Shown here in pieces: positions 41,194-55,453 of a stretch of DNA of 64,000 bases. Position 1 is the first letter of the stretch. Each line of letters opens with the position of its first letter. The position numbers and the translations under genes were made by a program. Origin of the DNA: Octopus vulgaris (Eukaryota); NCBI GenBank assembly GCA_951406725.2, contig OX597819.1:103664001-103728000 (forward strand). Reading direction: 5' to 3'. The notes beneath the pieces are model-generated. The model was not told the origin of the DNA, ran no database searches, and saw only the letters and a list, made by a program, of their open reading frames with translations.

Positions 41194-42625
41194 ATATATA
41201 TATATGTACCTGCAGGTTTGTGTGTGTATCTATGTAGATGTGTGTATCAGTGTGCATAAGTACATTTATGGATCCAAGTACATATATACTACATGCATAT
41301 ATACACACACACACAGATACTCACACACACATACACAAACATACACACATAATTATATATGTGTGTGTTTGTGCGTCTGTTCTTTGTAATATGGGAGCGG
41401 AATGTGTATGTTCCTGTGTCTATATTTTTAGAAATATACATTTGTGTGTGTGTGCGTGTGTGGAGGACATGTATGTATGTGTGCGTGTGTGCCCCCATAC
41501 ACGCACATCGATTCGTGCACAGATGCTCGCGTGTGCGTGCGTGTGTGAATGTGCGTGTGTTTATGTGTGTAATTACATACACACATTAATTTCCTTATGT
41601 ATATTGTATACTATGTTTCGTATATCCTTAGCAGCTATCTCATTTTTTAGCATTCTCGGATGGAAGATGAACAATTTTTGCCCAACCATTTTCTTTGGGA
41701 AGCTATTCTGCTTTCAAAAGTGAAATGGCATTATTTTCTTCTGGTAATGAAAAGAATCTAAAAAGCAAAGAATATAAGAATGGAATCAAAAGGCAGATAT
41801 AGCAAGCTTTGGCTAATTCATTTAATAATAGACGAATGCCCACAGAGAGCTGCAGGAACTATCTGAGAATCGATGTCAAAAACCATTTTTACGAAACATT
41901 GGTAGGTAGATATTTCTGGTACCTATTTCGCTTCTTTTACCATCCTTAACGATTCTCTTTTCTTATTCTTCATTTTTCGTATTGTTAATATCTTCCTTAG
42001 TTATATTCTCGATGCTTTCATTCTCCTTCTTTTTCTTCTTCTTCTTCTTCTACTTCTACTTCTTCCGCCATCTCTATTTCTTCATATTATTATTATTTTC
42101 AATATTGTTGCTGTTATTGTTGCTGCTGTTGTCGTTCTTTTCGTGCAAAGCTTGCAAGTCCGCAGAATTTCGATCACGGATCCACTGAAGTTGGCGTCTT
42201 ATTATGTAGTCATACAGGTTTTCAAAAAGAAAATATTCCCTTTCTGTTTATTTATATACAGTTAGCCATTCATGTTAGACTATATGTGTGTGTGTTGTTT
42301 TTGTTGTTGTTGCTGCTGTTGCTGCTGTGTGTGTGTGTGTGCGTAGTGGGGGTGTGGGCGTGTGTGTGTACTCATATAAGCTTCCATATTTATGTATATT
42401 TATTTGTATAGCTGTCGGTATTCGGGAATGACATACATACACGCTCATTCGATGCGTATGGATATGCATATATACATATCAGTCTACATATATGTATGTG
42501 TATATGTGTGTGCGTATGTGCGTGCGTGTGCGTGTGTTTGTGTTTGAATGTATTTATGCATATCCATACTTTGTAACGCAAGAACTCGCATTATTTCTGA
42601 ACACTACACACACACATACATATAG

Positions 42626-42701
<76 letters not shown>

Positions 42702-42734
42702 TTATATGATATATATATATATATATACACACAC

Positions 42735-42782
<48 letters not shown>

Positions 42783-43499
42783 TTCTCTGTGTGCGCTTGC
42801 ATATGTTACTTATAAGTATGCGGGTGTATAACTAATTTTCATTGCCCCAGACACTATCAATATATGATGCGTAATAAGCCGGTATACTTCACCATTCTCA
42901 TTCAATACTCCTATGATACTCAAATTTGCTATTCAGCATTGCTCTGACGGGCATTTAGATAAATTAGCGGTATGTTTTTACATAAATAGTTATACCAGCT
43001 GCCGGATGATTGAAAATATTGAACAATATTGTCTGTTTCTTCTATTCTCTAACCTTTTTTTATATTGTTGAAATTTGCCAAAATAATTCCCATTTTTACC
43101 AGTTTGAACGATTACAAACAGAATATTTTCGTTTTGTTTAGAAACCGAACTGAAGTTTGTGAGCGTTTGCTTAGTAGTAGCAGATATATGGATTTACTTC
43201 CATCAACTGTAATGTCAACTATGGAGAATGCAAGAATATAAAATAATCAATGAAGTCAGCAGTCCGAGCATCCGAAATATAAGTGAATGTTTTTTTTCTC
43301 TGAGTAGTTTAGTGGAACAAAAGAAGTTCTTAACATTGTGGGTGTAAGGTTGAATCCGTATAATATTTCATTATATCAAGTTATCCTTTGAGATATGATA
43401 AAGAAGCCATGTTTCTTTATTAACTCTCGGGAGCAGATGGCGAAGATCTAACATTTGTATGTATTAAGGGCTAGTCTGCTGGCAGTGTTGCGCTAATTG

Positions 43500-43800
43500 T
43501 TGTATTCTTAAGACTGTTGCTGAGAGAAAAGGTGCAGATACAAAATACCTCAAGCTTTCCTGGTAGAAATCCAAACCATTGAAGAAAATCGCGAATGTGA
43601 AAATGAACTTATTTTCAGGAATATATTGGAAAAAAAAGAGAAAAGATAATTGAAGGCCCTGTGTTGTCATCGAAAAAAATCTCCCGAATTTAAAGCTAAG
43701 GACAAACTATCATTTTTTCTTAGTGGCTTAAGAAGCCTTGAAATTGAAGCCAATGCACTTTGGGTTAGATAAATGATAATTACTTGAATACTAGAAATCA
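43500..43800 (+). mobile_element. Highly decayed pogo/Tigger transposase fragment
   Basis: IYWKK ... FKAKDKLSFFLSG ... LKLKPM resembles the Tigger LYWK..FKAxKDRLTLLLGGN..LKLKP stretch. Confidence 0.4.
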
Positions 43801-44442
43801 AGTCGAAAGATCACACAGTGATCTATTTGCAATGGGTAAACAGTTCCTTTTTGTACTGCTGCCTAATAGAACTTCTACATTGAAAATGATTCAGTACCGC
43901 AAAATATTCTTTTGTCTGTACCTGCTACTAATCGTGTAAGTACGTAATATCATACCGAATGATACCCTTTAGTGAACACATTGACAGATGCGCAAAACAA
44001 CTGCTACCACAATCTGTAATCTTTCTATTTTATCAATGTGCTATTGGAACATTAACACAGATTACATTAAATAAGGAAACCTACTTCATTGAAAAATATA
44101 AATCAAAACTTAACTATTTCTAACATTTTATTCTATCAAAACCAAATCATGTTAAATTAACAAAACCTAACCATTCCAAACATTTTTGATTATATCCCTT
44201 ATACCGAAAAAATCCCTGATTACCTCTCCCTACTTCGAACTCTTCCACATCACACTATAACGAATAGGTGACACATCGGCAAAGAAATTTGAGAAATTCG
44301 AAAAGAAAATGCGAAAGCGGTTATTTCTCCAAAAACAATGTCACTATACACAAAATTTTATATCATTTTCCTAACATGACGATTTTAATATATTTTTAAA
44401 CCATATAATACAAATCTTGTGTAGTTTTCTCATTCTATTTAG

Positions 44443-44474
<32 letters not shown>

Positions 44475-44482
<8 letters not shown>

Positions 44483-44891
44483 GTGTATAAGAATTTATAC
44501 ACAGAGAGAAAACCATCATGTGGACTCCTTACATTCTAGTGAGGGCAATCAAAACCTAAACCACGAAAAACACTCGATTGAATAAAAATCTCAGTTGACT
44601 CTATGTCCATGAATTTCATCATTAATGATTAAATAAATCAATTGATTAGTCAATTAATTGTTTAATTAACCATCTGTGGCTCGTCAGTAGAGTCGTTGAA
44701 AAATATATAATTATGAAACTATAATACGTACTGAAAGCCTAAAGTAAACAGATGAGCACTTCGTTCTATCTTTAAACATCAAGAATTCAAATCGAATGCC
44801 CTCAACCTACGTGCAGGATAGGAGTAGTACAGCAGTGAATAAATTCAACCGTATATTATCTCTGTGTATAAATTCTTATAGACTATTATAT
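44475..44891 (-). mobile_element. Non-autonomous element with 33-bp inverted ends, beside (TA)n, carrying an HHR
   Basis: ATATAATAGTGTATAAGAATTTATACACAGAGA (44475-44507) is mirrored at 44859-44891 with 1 mismatch. Confidence 0.8.
44597..44694 (-). ncRNA. Type I hammerhead ribozyme with long stem II (mutated core)
   Basis: GACTCTA-CTGACGA-[GCCA..ATGGTTAA..AATTAATTG/CAATTGATT..TTAATCAT..TGAT]-GAAA-TTCATGGA-CA-TAGAGTC. Stem I is 7 perfect bp; U16.1 is replaced by C. Confidence 0.7.
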
Positions 44892-45019
44892 GTAAAAATA
44901 TTTGTCTTCTGGCTTTTATTACGCATGCTAAACACTGGTATAAATTATTAATTTAATAACTTCTATCCTATCTCTCTCTCTCTCTATATATATATATGTG
45001 TGTGTGTGTGCATTATTAA

Positions 45020-45245
45020 TATTTATTTCTTTATTGCCCACAGTGGGCTAAACTTTGAGGGGGCACACAAAGGAATGAAGCCGATTACATCGATCCCAGT
45101 GCGTAACTGGTACTTATTTAATCGAACACGAAAGGATGTAAGGCAAAATCGACCTCGGCGGAATTTGAACTCAGAACGTAACAGCACACGAAATAACGCT
45201 AAGTATTTCGTCGACGTGCTAACGATTCTGCCAGCACGCCACCCT
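45020..45245 (-). mobile_element. SINE family B, tail type 2
   Basis: Reverse of head: GTGCTAACGATTCTGCCAGCACGCC; tail TTTATTTCTTTATTGCCCACA. Confidence 0.88.
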
Positions 45246-46073
45246 TTATAAAATTTAACATTAAACTCACGATTTAATAACTTATGTTAACGTACTTTCA
45301 TCTAAATCTATTATTCACAGTTGGACACTTCGGAGCTTTCTCAGTCACGTCATAATATACCAGACTTACATTGTGCTAATTTCAGTTTCGATTGTACTGC
45401 CTTCATTAAAAGTGCATTCTCAACATAATATCAAGTTAGCTTCAGTAATCTAAATATACATTTAAAATATTCGTATTAAAAATATTCGTAAAAGAACGCA
45501 ATACTCACAAGGCTTGTAAAAATGAAACCATTCTGAATGCGTAAATTGCTATATAAGAAATAACTAGTTCCTGGATAGTTTTATGCATTATATTTTTTTG
45601 TGTAACCGGAAAAATTAAATCTATCTATTAACACACGCATACACAAACACACAGACACAAATATATATATGTGTGTATATATATGTATATATATATATAT
45701 ATATATATGCATATATGTATGAGTGAGTGTGTGTGTGTGTATGTGTGTGTATATAAATATATGTGCATACATACAGGTATTTATACTTTGTTATATGTAC
45801 ATATAGATGTATTGATGAATAGGCAGATAGATAAATACAGATACACACGATACTCTTACGTGTTTCCTGAATATATATACCATACTCATTATTACTGTAA
45901 TACATTGCAGCTAGTCATTGCAGCTAGATACATTCATCACCACCTGCAAAACTGCAAGATTTATACTATATCACATATATTTCGAAACGGACGCAAATAT
46001 ATTCATTGGTATTTACAAATATACTTTCATTCATACTTAGATACAAACAAGTTCATTCGTACCTATATAATAG

Positions 46074-46115
<42 letters not shown>

Positions 46116-46352
46116 GACGCAACGTACTTACAGAGATTCACTCGAATGTAATGTAAATAATAAGAAACAACATTGATGCATGTAGAATATCGATGACAGG
46201 AACCATTATTAGCTGAATCTGTGCATTTAAATGTCACCAAGATACAACCCGCAACTATGCAGTACTTATCTGATACATATACGTGTATTATATGTGTAAG
46301 TGTGTATGTGTATATTTATATATATATATATATATTTGGAGAGAGAGATAGA

Positions 46353-46406
<54 letters not shown>

Positions 46407-46849
46407 CACATAGACACACTCACTCAAATACGGATATGCATATGTGGCATGATTGATTGAAATGACAGACAATGCAAGTATAAATACGTATATGGAATAG
46501 TCAATGAATGCAGGTATATATACCCATGCATGTGAGTGTGTAATGTATGTGTGTCTGGGGGTTGAGTATATTTATGTATGTCTGTGTAAGCATGTGTCGA
46601 AGAAATATACATTTGGGGATGAGGCTTCGATTCAAAGCTGTAATAAAAGCCAAAAACATGATCTTACATGAGCCTACAGAAATATGTCTTTAATAATTCT
46701 GAATACCGCTTGATACCAAAAAACCAAAACCAAAACATAAAGGAAAGAAAACACGGAAGAAAAGAAAATACGAGACACAGAATTGAAACGAATCAGCAAG
46801 ATATATGCATATACAGACACACATACATGTATACATATATATGTGTGAG

Positions 46850-46897
<48 letters not shown>

Positions 46898-47409
46898 AAT
46901 TAGTAAATATATATATATATGCATATATAGTAATCCTTGCATGCAAATATGTTTATATTGTCTGCAAAGAAATATTGGCAGTCAGTGATTCTTTGTGATT
47001 GGATCTTTCACCATTCGGCAAACACAGGACGTATGTATGTATATGTTTCTCGGTGCACAGCACGTTTAATCGCGTGTATATATGCATTTTTGTGTGTATA
47101 TGTATATGCATATATATGTAAGTTTGTGATAATATGTATTTGTGTGTATTTGATACTTATGAAGATAACTGTTCTAGACAGAGTTTTGGTCACGCAAATC
47201 TCGACCAGAAATTATTAACATGCATTTAAGGGGCAGTATTGAAATACGCCACACGTGTGCTGATACACAAATAAATAGATATACACCTAAGTACATACAC
47301 GTATATATACACATTCTTAGTTTTATATACTGTGATCTCCATATATATTTCCTGAGATATGAATAAATATGTATGAGTGTGTGTGTGTGTGTTTGCGTAT
47401 ATGAATGTC

Positions 47410-47449
<40 letters not shown>

Positions 47450-47565
47450 GGAAATAAATACACACACATACACCTTATATATGCATACGTGTACATCTAT
47501 ACATGTTTATATATAGATAAATAGATAGATAGATAGATAGATAGATAGGTAGGTAGCTAGCTAGC

Positions 47566-47691
<126 letters not shown>

Positions 47692-47937
47692 CCTAAATGC
47701 ATGACTATTTTTATTAACCCACATCCTTATATAGAAATACATTGATATGCAATATACGTATAAAAAAGACATTTTACAATCGTTTATATTTCATTTCTAG
47801 AACGTTCATGATAGGTTACTCTACGTACATATACTTCCCACATAGTCATGGGTACATACACACACACTCACAAACACACACACACACACTCACACAGACA
47901 TGCGGTGTATTTATTCTATCTATCAACGTCTCTCATT

Positions 47938-48008
<71 letters not shown>

Positions 48009-48138
48009 CATACATACATACATACATACATACATACATACATACATACATACATACATACATACATACATACATACATACATACATACATACATGCATG
48101 CATACATACATACATACATACATACATACATACATACA

Positions 48139-48167
<29 letters not shown>

Positions 48168-48169
<2 letters not shown>

Positions 48170-49246
48170 CTTCGGCAATATCTTTTAACTACGAAGTGTC
48201 GAATTGCATTCCTTGACCAAGTCTGCATACATGAGGCTGATAACATTATAAGACTTGAATGGCAGCCTCTTGAGCAACACTCTTTGTCTGATACCCTAGA
48301 ATACATGGTCAAAGGAGTCGCACGACTCTACCGCAACGTATCATCAGATGAAGGACGATCATATATGTGCAGAAGACTATACGTGGATGTTTGTAGAAAG
48401 CTCCGTAATGATAGTAACATTGATCATCGAAGCAGTTAATCATGGACCAATAGCCGGATTACAACCTATAACTTTGAAGGGTATGCTTTTGCAATCCAGA
48501 AACAGGAAATATCAACCAAGTACCTGATGAACAAAAGGGATAGAGATGCAGGAAAAGCCGCAAAATGTGACAACCGATGCAGAATTCGTGGAGTTCACAC
48601 TGAAGATATCACCCACATCATAAGCAGTTGTCCGAAAATGTCATAACGGTATTATCTACCGATGAGACATGACGTTGTAGCTAAGACACTCTATAATGAA
48701 ATCCGTCGGAAGGATAATCCCGAGGACAAAGAAATAAGAATCCACAATGTTGTAGAAGCGATAGCCACTCATAATAAAAGGAGTATTGTTGGAATACCTT
48801 TGGAATACCAATGGAGACCTCAATAAAATGTAAGTACAGCAGACCAGATATAATGATCTGGGATTAAGAAGAAAAACTGTGCACAATTGTGGAAATTAGC
48901 TGTCCAGCGGATGTTAACATAAAGCTGAAGATCAGTGAAAAAATACTGAACTATTCAGAAATCAGCAGTTACTCTATCCAGATCACAAGTTCAGGTTTAT
49001 ACCTGTAATTATTGATGCCCTGGGATATGAAACACACTGCTTAAATACCAATCTTGAGAAATTAGGCTTCTCAAAACCAGAAAGGAGAAAGCTAATTCGA
49101 AGACCAAAGATCCAAATCGCCACTGGGACTGTAAAAATCTGTAAAACTTTTCAGTTTATCATTTAAATATATATGAGAATGTCTAGATATGCAAGTATAT
49201 GCATGAGAATACACACATTAAACACACAAATCTACATATACATACA

Positions 49247-49279
<33 letters not shown>

Positions 49280-49455
49280 GCATACATACATACATACATA
49301 CATACATACATACATACATACATACATACATACATACATACATACAAAAATACCCTGCTGTTGATGTTGAAATTCCAATGAAGGGTGTCTTGGACCTTGA
49401 TTAGAAACCAGTTCTTTCTCTGTTGAAATCTTGAAATAAACAGAATAAAGAAATA
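48168..49455 (+). mobile_element. 5'-truncated R4/Dong-like LINE (CCHC knuckle + restriction-like endonuclease) inside (TACA)n
   Basis: FEGYAFAIQKQEI, KCDNRCRIRGVHTEDITHIISSCPKM, RHDVVAK, RPDIMIWD, IVEISCP, IPVIIDALG. Several stops and frameshifts; (TACA)n on both sides. Confidence 0.9.
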
Positions 49456-49556
49456 CATAATTTATACACACATGCATGCATTCATACATACATACATACA
49501 TACATACATACATACATACATACATACATACATACATGCATACATACATACATACA

Positions 49557-49588
<32 letters not shown>

Positions 49589-49844
49589 CTCGCAGTGTCA
49601 TTCTTAGCCAGCCAGCGAGCATCTTGGTTGGTAAAATATACCAATCCGCAGTTACTACATGCTTCGAAATCAAATACCTCGTAAAATATATTTTTGTAAA
49701 CACGTGTCAGAGATTCAGATAATTACTTTGGATGTTGACATGACTTATATCACAGGAAATGTAAACACAGGCATACACACAAACATACGCACATACTGAG
49801 TCATGCACACACGTACACATAGACACTCGTTAGTAAAACTCAAT

Positions 49845-50845
49845 TATTGGGTTATCCCAAAAGCCCATTCAGGTTTTTGTAGACACTTAATTTCAATATG
49901 CTTTCTAATTAGTAACTAGCTTTAGTTTGTGCACGGGAACTCGTTAGGTGCCTAACACTCCAATGTTCGACATGAAATTGCGGTGGAAGGGGTCGTATTT
50001 TATACGTTTGGTATCACCCTAAAAAATGGAGAGCAAAAACGAACATTTTTATTTTATCTCAAAAAGTGCAAAAAAGAGTCAGAAAGGTTCAGGAGAATTT
50101 GCGCCGTGTACGAAGAGAATGCTGCAACGACACATATGTGCCGTAAGTAGGTTTTTGAAATTTGGATCGGGAAATTTATTTGCGCAAGATTCAATTCGCT
50201 CTGGCTAGCTAACTAAGATTAACAGCGATATCACACCGCGTTATATGAACAGGAAAATCATTGGTGTTCACCCAAATATTGAAATCGAGATTTGTAAACA
50301 AACTTCTACATAAATATTAAATACGTCAGAATGCTCTGAAATCAACTGAATAAGGTTAACCTCGCCAAACAGATTTCCATCCACGAATTGTTTCAGAAAA
50401 ATGAAGAAAACAAACTTTTTTTTTCTTACTTGTAGAGAAAGCGGTGACAGGGTACGAAGAATGGATTGTCTACACTATTGTGAAGCGCAAACAATCATCA
50501 ATGGTGAAGCCTGGTGGACCACCACGAACAACCTCCGAAGCAAGACTACACCCCTCCCCAAAAGGTTATGCATTCAATTTGGTTGGATTCAAAGGGTGTT
50601 GCCTTTTACGAGCTTCAACCCATGTACAGGACAATCAACTTAGATGTGTACTGTGACCATCTCAGCAAATTCAACGCAGCAGTCCACTAGAAGCGTCCAG
50701 TATTAGCTAATCGTAAGGGCATTGTCTTTCATCACATTATTGCCATACCGCATACTCTTTACAGACACAGCAGAAGTTGCTGGGGTTTGATTGGTAAGTT
50801 TCCCCGGCGCTCTCACCACTCTACCAAATTGCTCTATGGGTATTA
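49845..50845 (+). mobile_element. Decayed mariner transposon (mellifera-like)
   Basis: TA + TTGGGTTATCCCAAAAG TIR; MESKNEHF..ICAVY..KFGSGN; TGYEEWIVY (TGDEKW); KRPVLANRKGIVFHH..PH. Confidence 0.85.
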
Positions 50846-50944
50846 TAATATATATTAATAATAAAAAGACAGCGTATTTGAGGGTGGGGAAAAAACAATA
50901 AAATATAAGTCTTAATTGATTCTGGGTATTTGATTATTTTTCTT

Positions 50945-51105
50945 CCAGCTGTTGAGTTCAAATACCGCTGAGGTCGACTTAGATTTTCATCCCTTCGGAT
51001 GTTGATTAAATATGTACAACAGTAAAGTAATGTGGTTGATTTAATGGACAGCGTTCCTTCCTTAAAGATGTGTGGAACCTTCTGCTAATGTTGGAAATCA
51101 TTATT
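50945..51105 (+). mobile_element. SINE family B fragment
   Basis: GAGTTCAAATACCGCTGAGGTCGACTTAGATTTTCATCC. Confidence 0.7.
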
Positions 51106-51968
51106 AACAATCAATTTAGACTATCACGTTTCATTATAACAATTAAACCAGTACACATATATGTTGGAAGATTTTCACCAAACACACATTCGAAGGCATT
51201 AACTTTACAGTTACTAAATTGACATGTAAGAGATATAGATGGCAATTCCATATTACGTAGTTTCTTTGTAACGCGGTGTCTTGCTGTGATTCTTACCGTG
51301 AGAAGACAGGTGTAAGTGAGGGATGGGGAAAGTAGATGGGAGGTGAGTGAAGTGAAGTGAAGTGGAGTGTGAGGTGAGATTAGTTGCATCTTGTTTTAAT
51401 TAGTGTTTGTTGCATGGAAGGCGGCAGTTAAAACAAGAAGCGATTGTGAGATAAAATGAAGTATATATATTGCATCTATGTGTGTACATGTGTGCCTTTA
51501 TGTATGTATGGGTGGACGGATGGATAAATGTTTGCATGCAAGCATGTATGTACTTATCTATCTATCTATCAACCTGCCTGTTTATATGCATGTGTGTCTG
51601 CATAAATATATACATATGTATAAAGATGCGTTTATATATAAATACATACAGATAGGCACACATACACATCGTGTGTTTTATGATGTAACACTTATTTAGG
51701 TGGAATTTATTTACATACTTTCGTCGTAGTCTTATTGTCCACTATGCAGTGACTTATAGTGTGGGTGAGTAGCAGCTCTAGAATAGATTTACTAGTAACC
51801 CCTTTGAATAATGGTTTTGTTTAACTAAGTTTGTCCTATGCTTAAGTAACAAAACGAATTAGATATAATAATTGTTAAGTTAGTGTTAACACAGTTAATG
51901 CCGAGGATATGAAAATATTGATTAAGAATGATTATATGGAGCAGAAAATATAAAATGTTTATCATTAA

Positions 51969-52338
51969 CTAGCAGTATCGCCCAGCGTTGCTCGGTTTTG
52001 TTTCGACCATTAGAATTGGAATTTTTGAAAAGTAAAAATCTTGCATTATGTAGCTTGTTATTCTTTTTAAGTGAACACTTTTCTGGTTGAAATACACCGA
52101 AAAATGGCGACACAGCAGTCAAAAAGTCGTAAAAAATAGGGATTTTCTTAGAAAAAAAGCACCTTTTTGATGTAAATAATTTTTGGTGTTAACACGGTCC
52201 GATTTGAATTTTTTCTTCTACGGAAGATCAAGCCTTCTTCTATCATACTCTCAATTTTGGTCAACTTGCGCCGCAGGGTCTCGGAGGTGATAGTGTTAGT
52301 TGAAGGCTACCAAACCTGCCATACACAGACAACTTCAG

Positions 52339-52376
<38 letters not shown>
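51969..52376 (-). mobile_element. Non-autonomous Helitron
   Basis: Minus-strand 3' end CCGAGCAACGCTGGGCGATACTG-CTAG|T (subterminal GC hairpin + CTAG). The 5' end TATATATAAAGCTGAAGTTG merges with (TA)n. Confidence 0.75.
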
Positions 52377-52379
<3 letters not shown>

Positions 52380-52899
52380 TTCAACTTCTTTAGGCATCTA
52401 CGGAAAATCAGTACTTTCGGAATGTCCCATTTTCGTTTGCTCTTCTCAAAATCGGATAAATCGCGGAGTCGGAAGAACGTAGGACAGTATAACCTATGGT
52501 ATTAGTTCCAACTCCCAGTCCTCCGAGTTCAAATTTTACAAACGTTAAAATTGCGTTTCACCGTTTGGCGATCGATAAGCCATATTTAAGAAAGGAATTC
52601 GATTTTTTTAAATTCGATTCATCATTTGAGCGATAATGAAAAAAATTGTTTTTTATTTTGAGTTAGAAAATACATTTTTCGCTTTTGTGGTATCTAATTT
52701 TATGAAACTCGCGGAGATCTCTTCTCAAATGATTACCACACGTGTGAGGGAGAAATCATATACAGTGATAAGTAGATAGAACGTAATAAATATAGCAGCT
52801 ACCCAGCGGCCGCAGATTTGTTAGGGTATCAGGTTGTGAATTGGATACAACTTGATACTTAGCGTTAGAAATTCCATGGAATTATTCTATGTGCTCTTC

Positions 52900-53750
52900 A
52901 CATAGAGATTACCCTCAAGAATACACTGGAAAAAATTAAGATGGGTTTGCTTGTGCAAAGATTCGTAACAATATAAATTTTGTGAAGTTCATATGTATTA
53001 GAAGGCAATAATTTAAGCTCCAGCTGGGAATGTTTAGTATATCCTTCTCTTGCATAATTTAAAAAAAAAAGGCATTTTAGTACACACCAGGGGTACCAAG
53101 AATTTTGAGTTTGCTACAAATAAACAAAGAAGTTGAGTAGTCAAACTTTATTTTCAGTGCACTGTGAACCGATAATGAGATATTAACTCTAATCTTTCTC
53201 TCTGTATCTGTAAACGTTGGTGAAATTCACATTGTTGTTTTTCGCCTTGAATCAAGTGAATTATTCATGTTGCAGTTCAGTCCACATTAAGGATATGAAA
53301 CCCATGTAGGAAACATCAAACGTGTTTTGATAATTGGTCTCACCGGAAGATTTTCAAGACCATAATCACATTTCTTATGCATCGAGGAAGATTGTGCATG
53401 TTTTCGGTCTGTGCTGATGCTTCGACCAATCTCCTGTAGATTATTAACCTTTGACAATAGATGCTCTAAGACCTTGAGATTCTCAGACTTCAGAAGCTGT
53501 CTGGAAATAATAGCTTCCTCCAGAAGATGCATATAATTCCGATGGCTTCCAGTACTACGAGAATTATCTGAAAACAACTAGGACATATCTGAGACAGGTT
53601 GTTAATCTCTTCATTATATTCAACAGGAGAGAAATCTGTTCTTAGATATTTTATGTAGAAAGGATAGAACTCATTGTATGAAAAATGTCGACAGTCTTCT
53701 TTGAGTTCCACTGTCGTGAATAGCTCAATCCGGTGCGAAACTCAAAGTAG
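52900..53750 (-). mobile_element. Possible very old Penelope-like RT relic
   Basis: MHKK..LENLPVRPII resembles the PLE KxHK..PxRPII motif, with FTNV downstream. Weak. Confidence 0.35.
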
Positions 53751-55127
53751 CCAAAACTAAATATGTATACATACACAAATACATACAAATATAAATGCAT
53801 ACAAACATACAGATGCATACGTTCATCTATAAATATTGCTTCTTTCGTCTTGCTTATCAAACTATTCCCCTTCTGAAGTCATTCATTATCTTTAATTCCT
53901 TAACCATAACGCCTTGCGTCTTCAGTCACTATTATACCCAATGTTTTGTTTCTTGGTTTCCTCAATATCCTTATATTGTACACCCAGATTATTCCAACTC
54001 TAATTATGCTAATTTGTTATGTACTTGATTTAGAAAATCTTATATTTTTTCCCTAACGATTGCAATCTGGCATAAAGGATTATTCGTTTAACTATGACGT
54101 CGAACTTGTTTTACTCACTGTAATAATTTCTTCTATATACTTTCTATGGTAATTGTAGTTCTTTTAATCAACATAAATGGTAACCCTTTGTCGTAGGAGA
54201 TGCTTTTGTGGTTAAAATAAAGTTCGCAGTGATGGTAACGGAGAACGATGAATGCTGAGGTGGCAGAGTTTTTCGAAGAGGTCTGCACAGCCAGCTCAAT
54301 CAAACCACCATTTTTCCGTCGGCAAGTTATGCAGCTTCTTATAACTTTGGCACCGACTCTCGAATTTATATCCCCCCCTATTAACAACAATTACAACAAC
54401 AACAACAACAATTCCAACGAATTCAATTATTTACCATATCGCCTACTGGCACCTCTCTCTCCCTCCCCCATCTCTGTTTTTCTACCTGCTTTCTCCAATG
54501 GTGCGCTGCTAATGAAACATTTGCCATGTTCTCTATGCCAGTAAAATATGTTTATATCCATTCTACGGGGGACAGTAAAATATATAAAGACATAAACAGC
54601 AGTGAACACTTTCACTTCAACTAGAAAACCTAGAAATTTCTGGCATCTCATTTGGTCTCGCTTTCACTTCCAGTTTAATACATTATATTTCTTTAGAGCT
54701 TCTGTTGTTGTTTTGTTATTTTTAAACTTGTTTAGATTTTTTTTACTGCATTCTTGTATATTTGATTGTATTATACTTTATTTTGCTTTTTTTATCTTGA
54801 TTTTTTTCGACATATTATTTATTTATTTTTATTTATGTTTTAAAAAATTGTAATTTTATTTACCTTTTGTATAGGAATATAAGCATAAAAACTAGCAACC
54901 AAACCTCTTTATAACTTCATTCTCATTTAAATTCACATCTACCTATCGAAATAAGAAAATGCAAGAACAAATACACATATTCATACATAGATGCGAACAC
55001 ACACATACACACACATACACACATACACACGCATACACACATGCACACAGCATCTACGATGTATAACCATGTAAAAAAGCAATTACGAGTGTAGGTAAAA
55101 TAATTTGCATGTTTAAATTTAATAAAC

Positions 55128-55201
<74 letters not shown>

Positions 55202-55407
55202 CGCATATATGTGAGGTTGTATGCGTGGCTGTACGTGTATTCATGCAGATATATTAAAAGAAATGTAAACATATATATGATTGTATCGTTACATATATAT
55301 TTATGTGTGTGTGTGCATATACATATATGTACATGTGTGTATGTATGTATATATATACATATATATATTTACATATATATGTGTATATCTATATACATAT
55401 ATGTATA

Positions 55408-55453
<46 letters not shown>

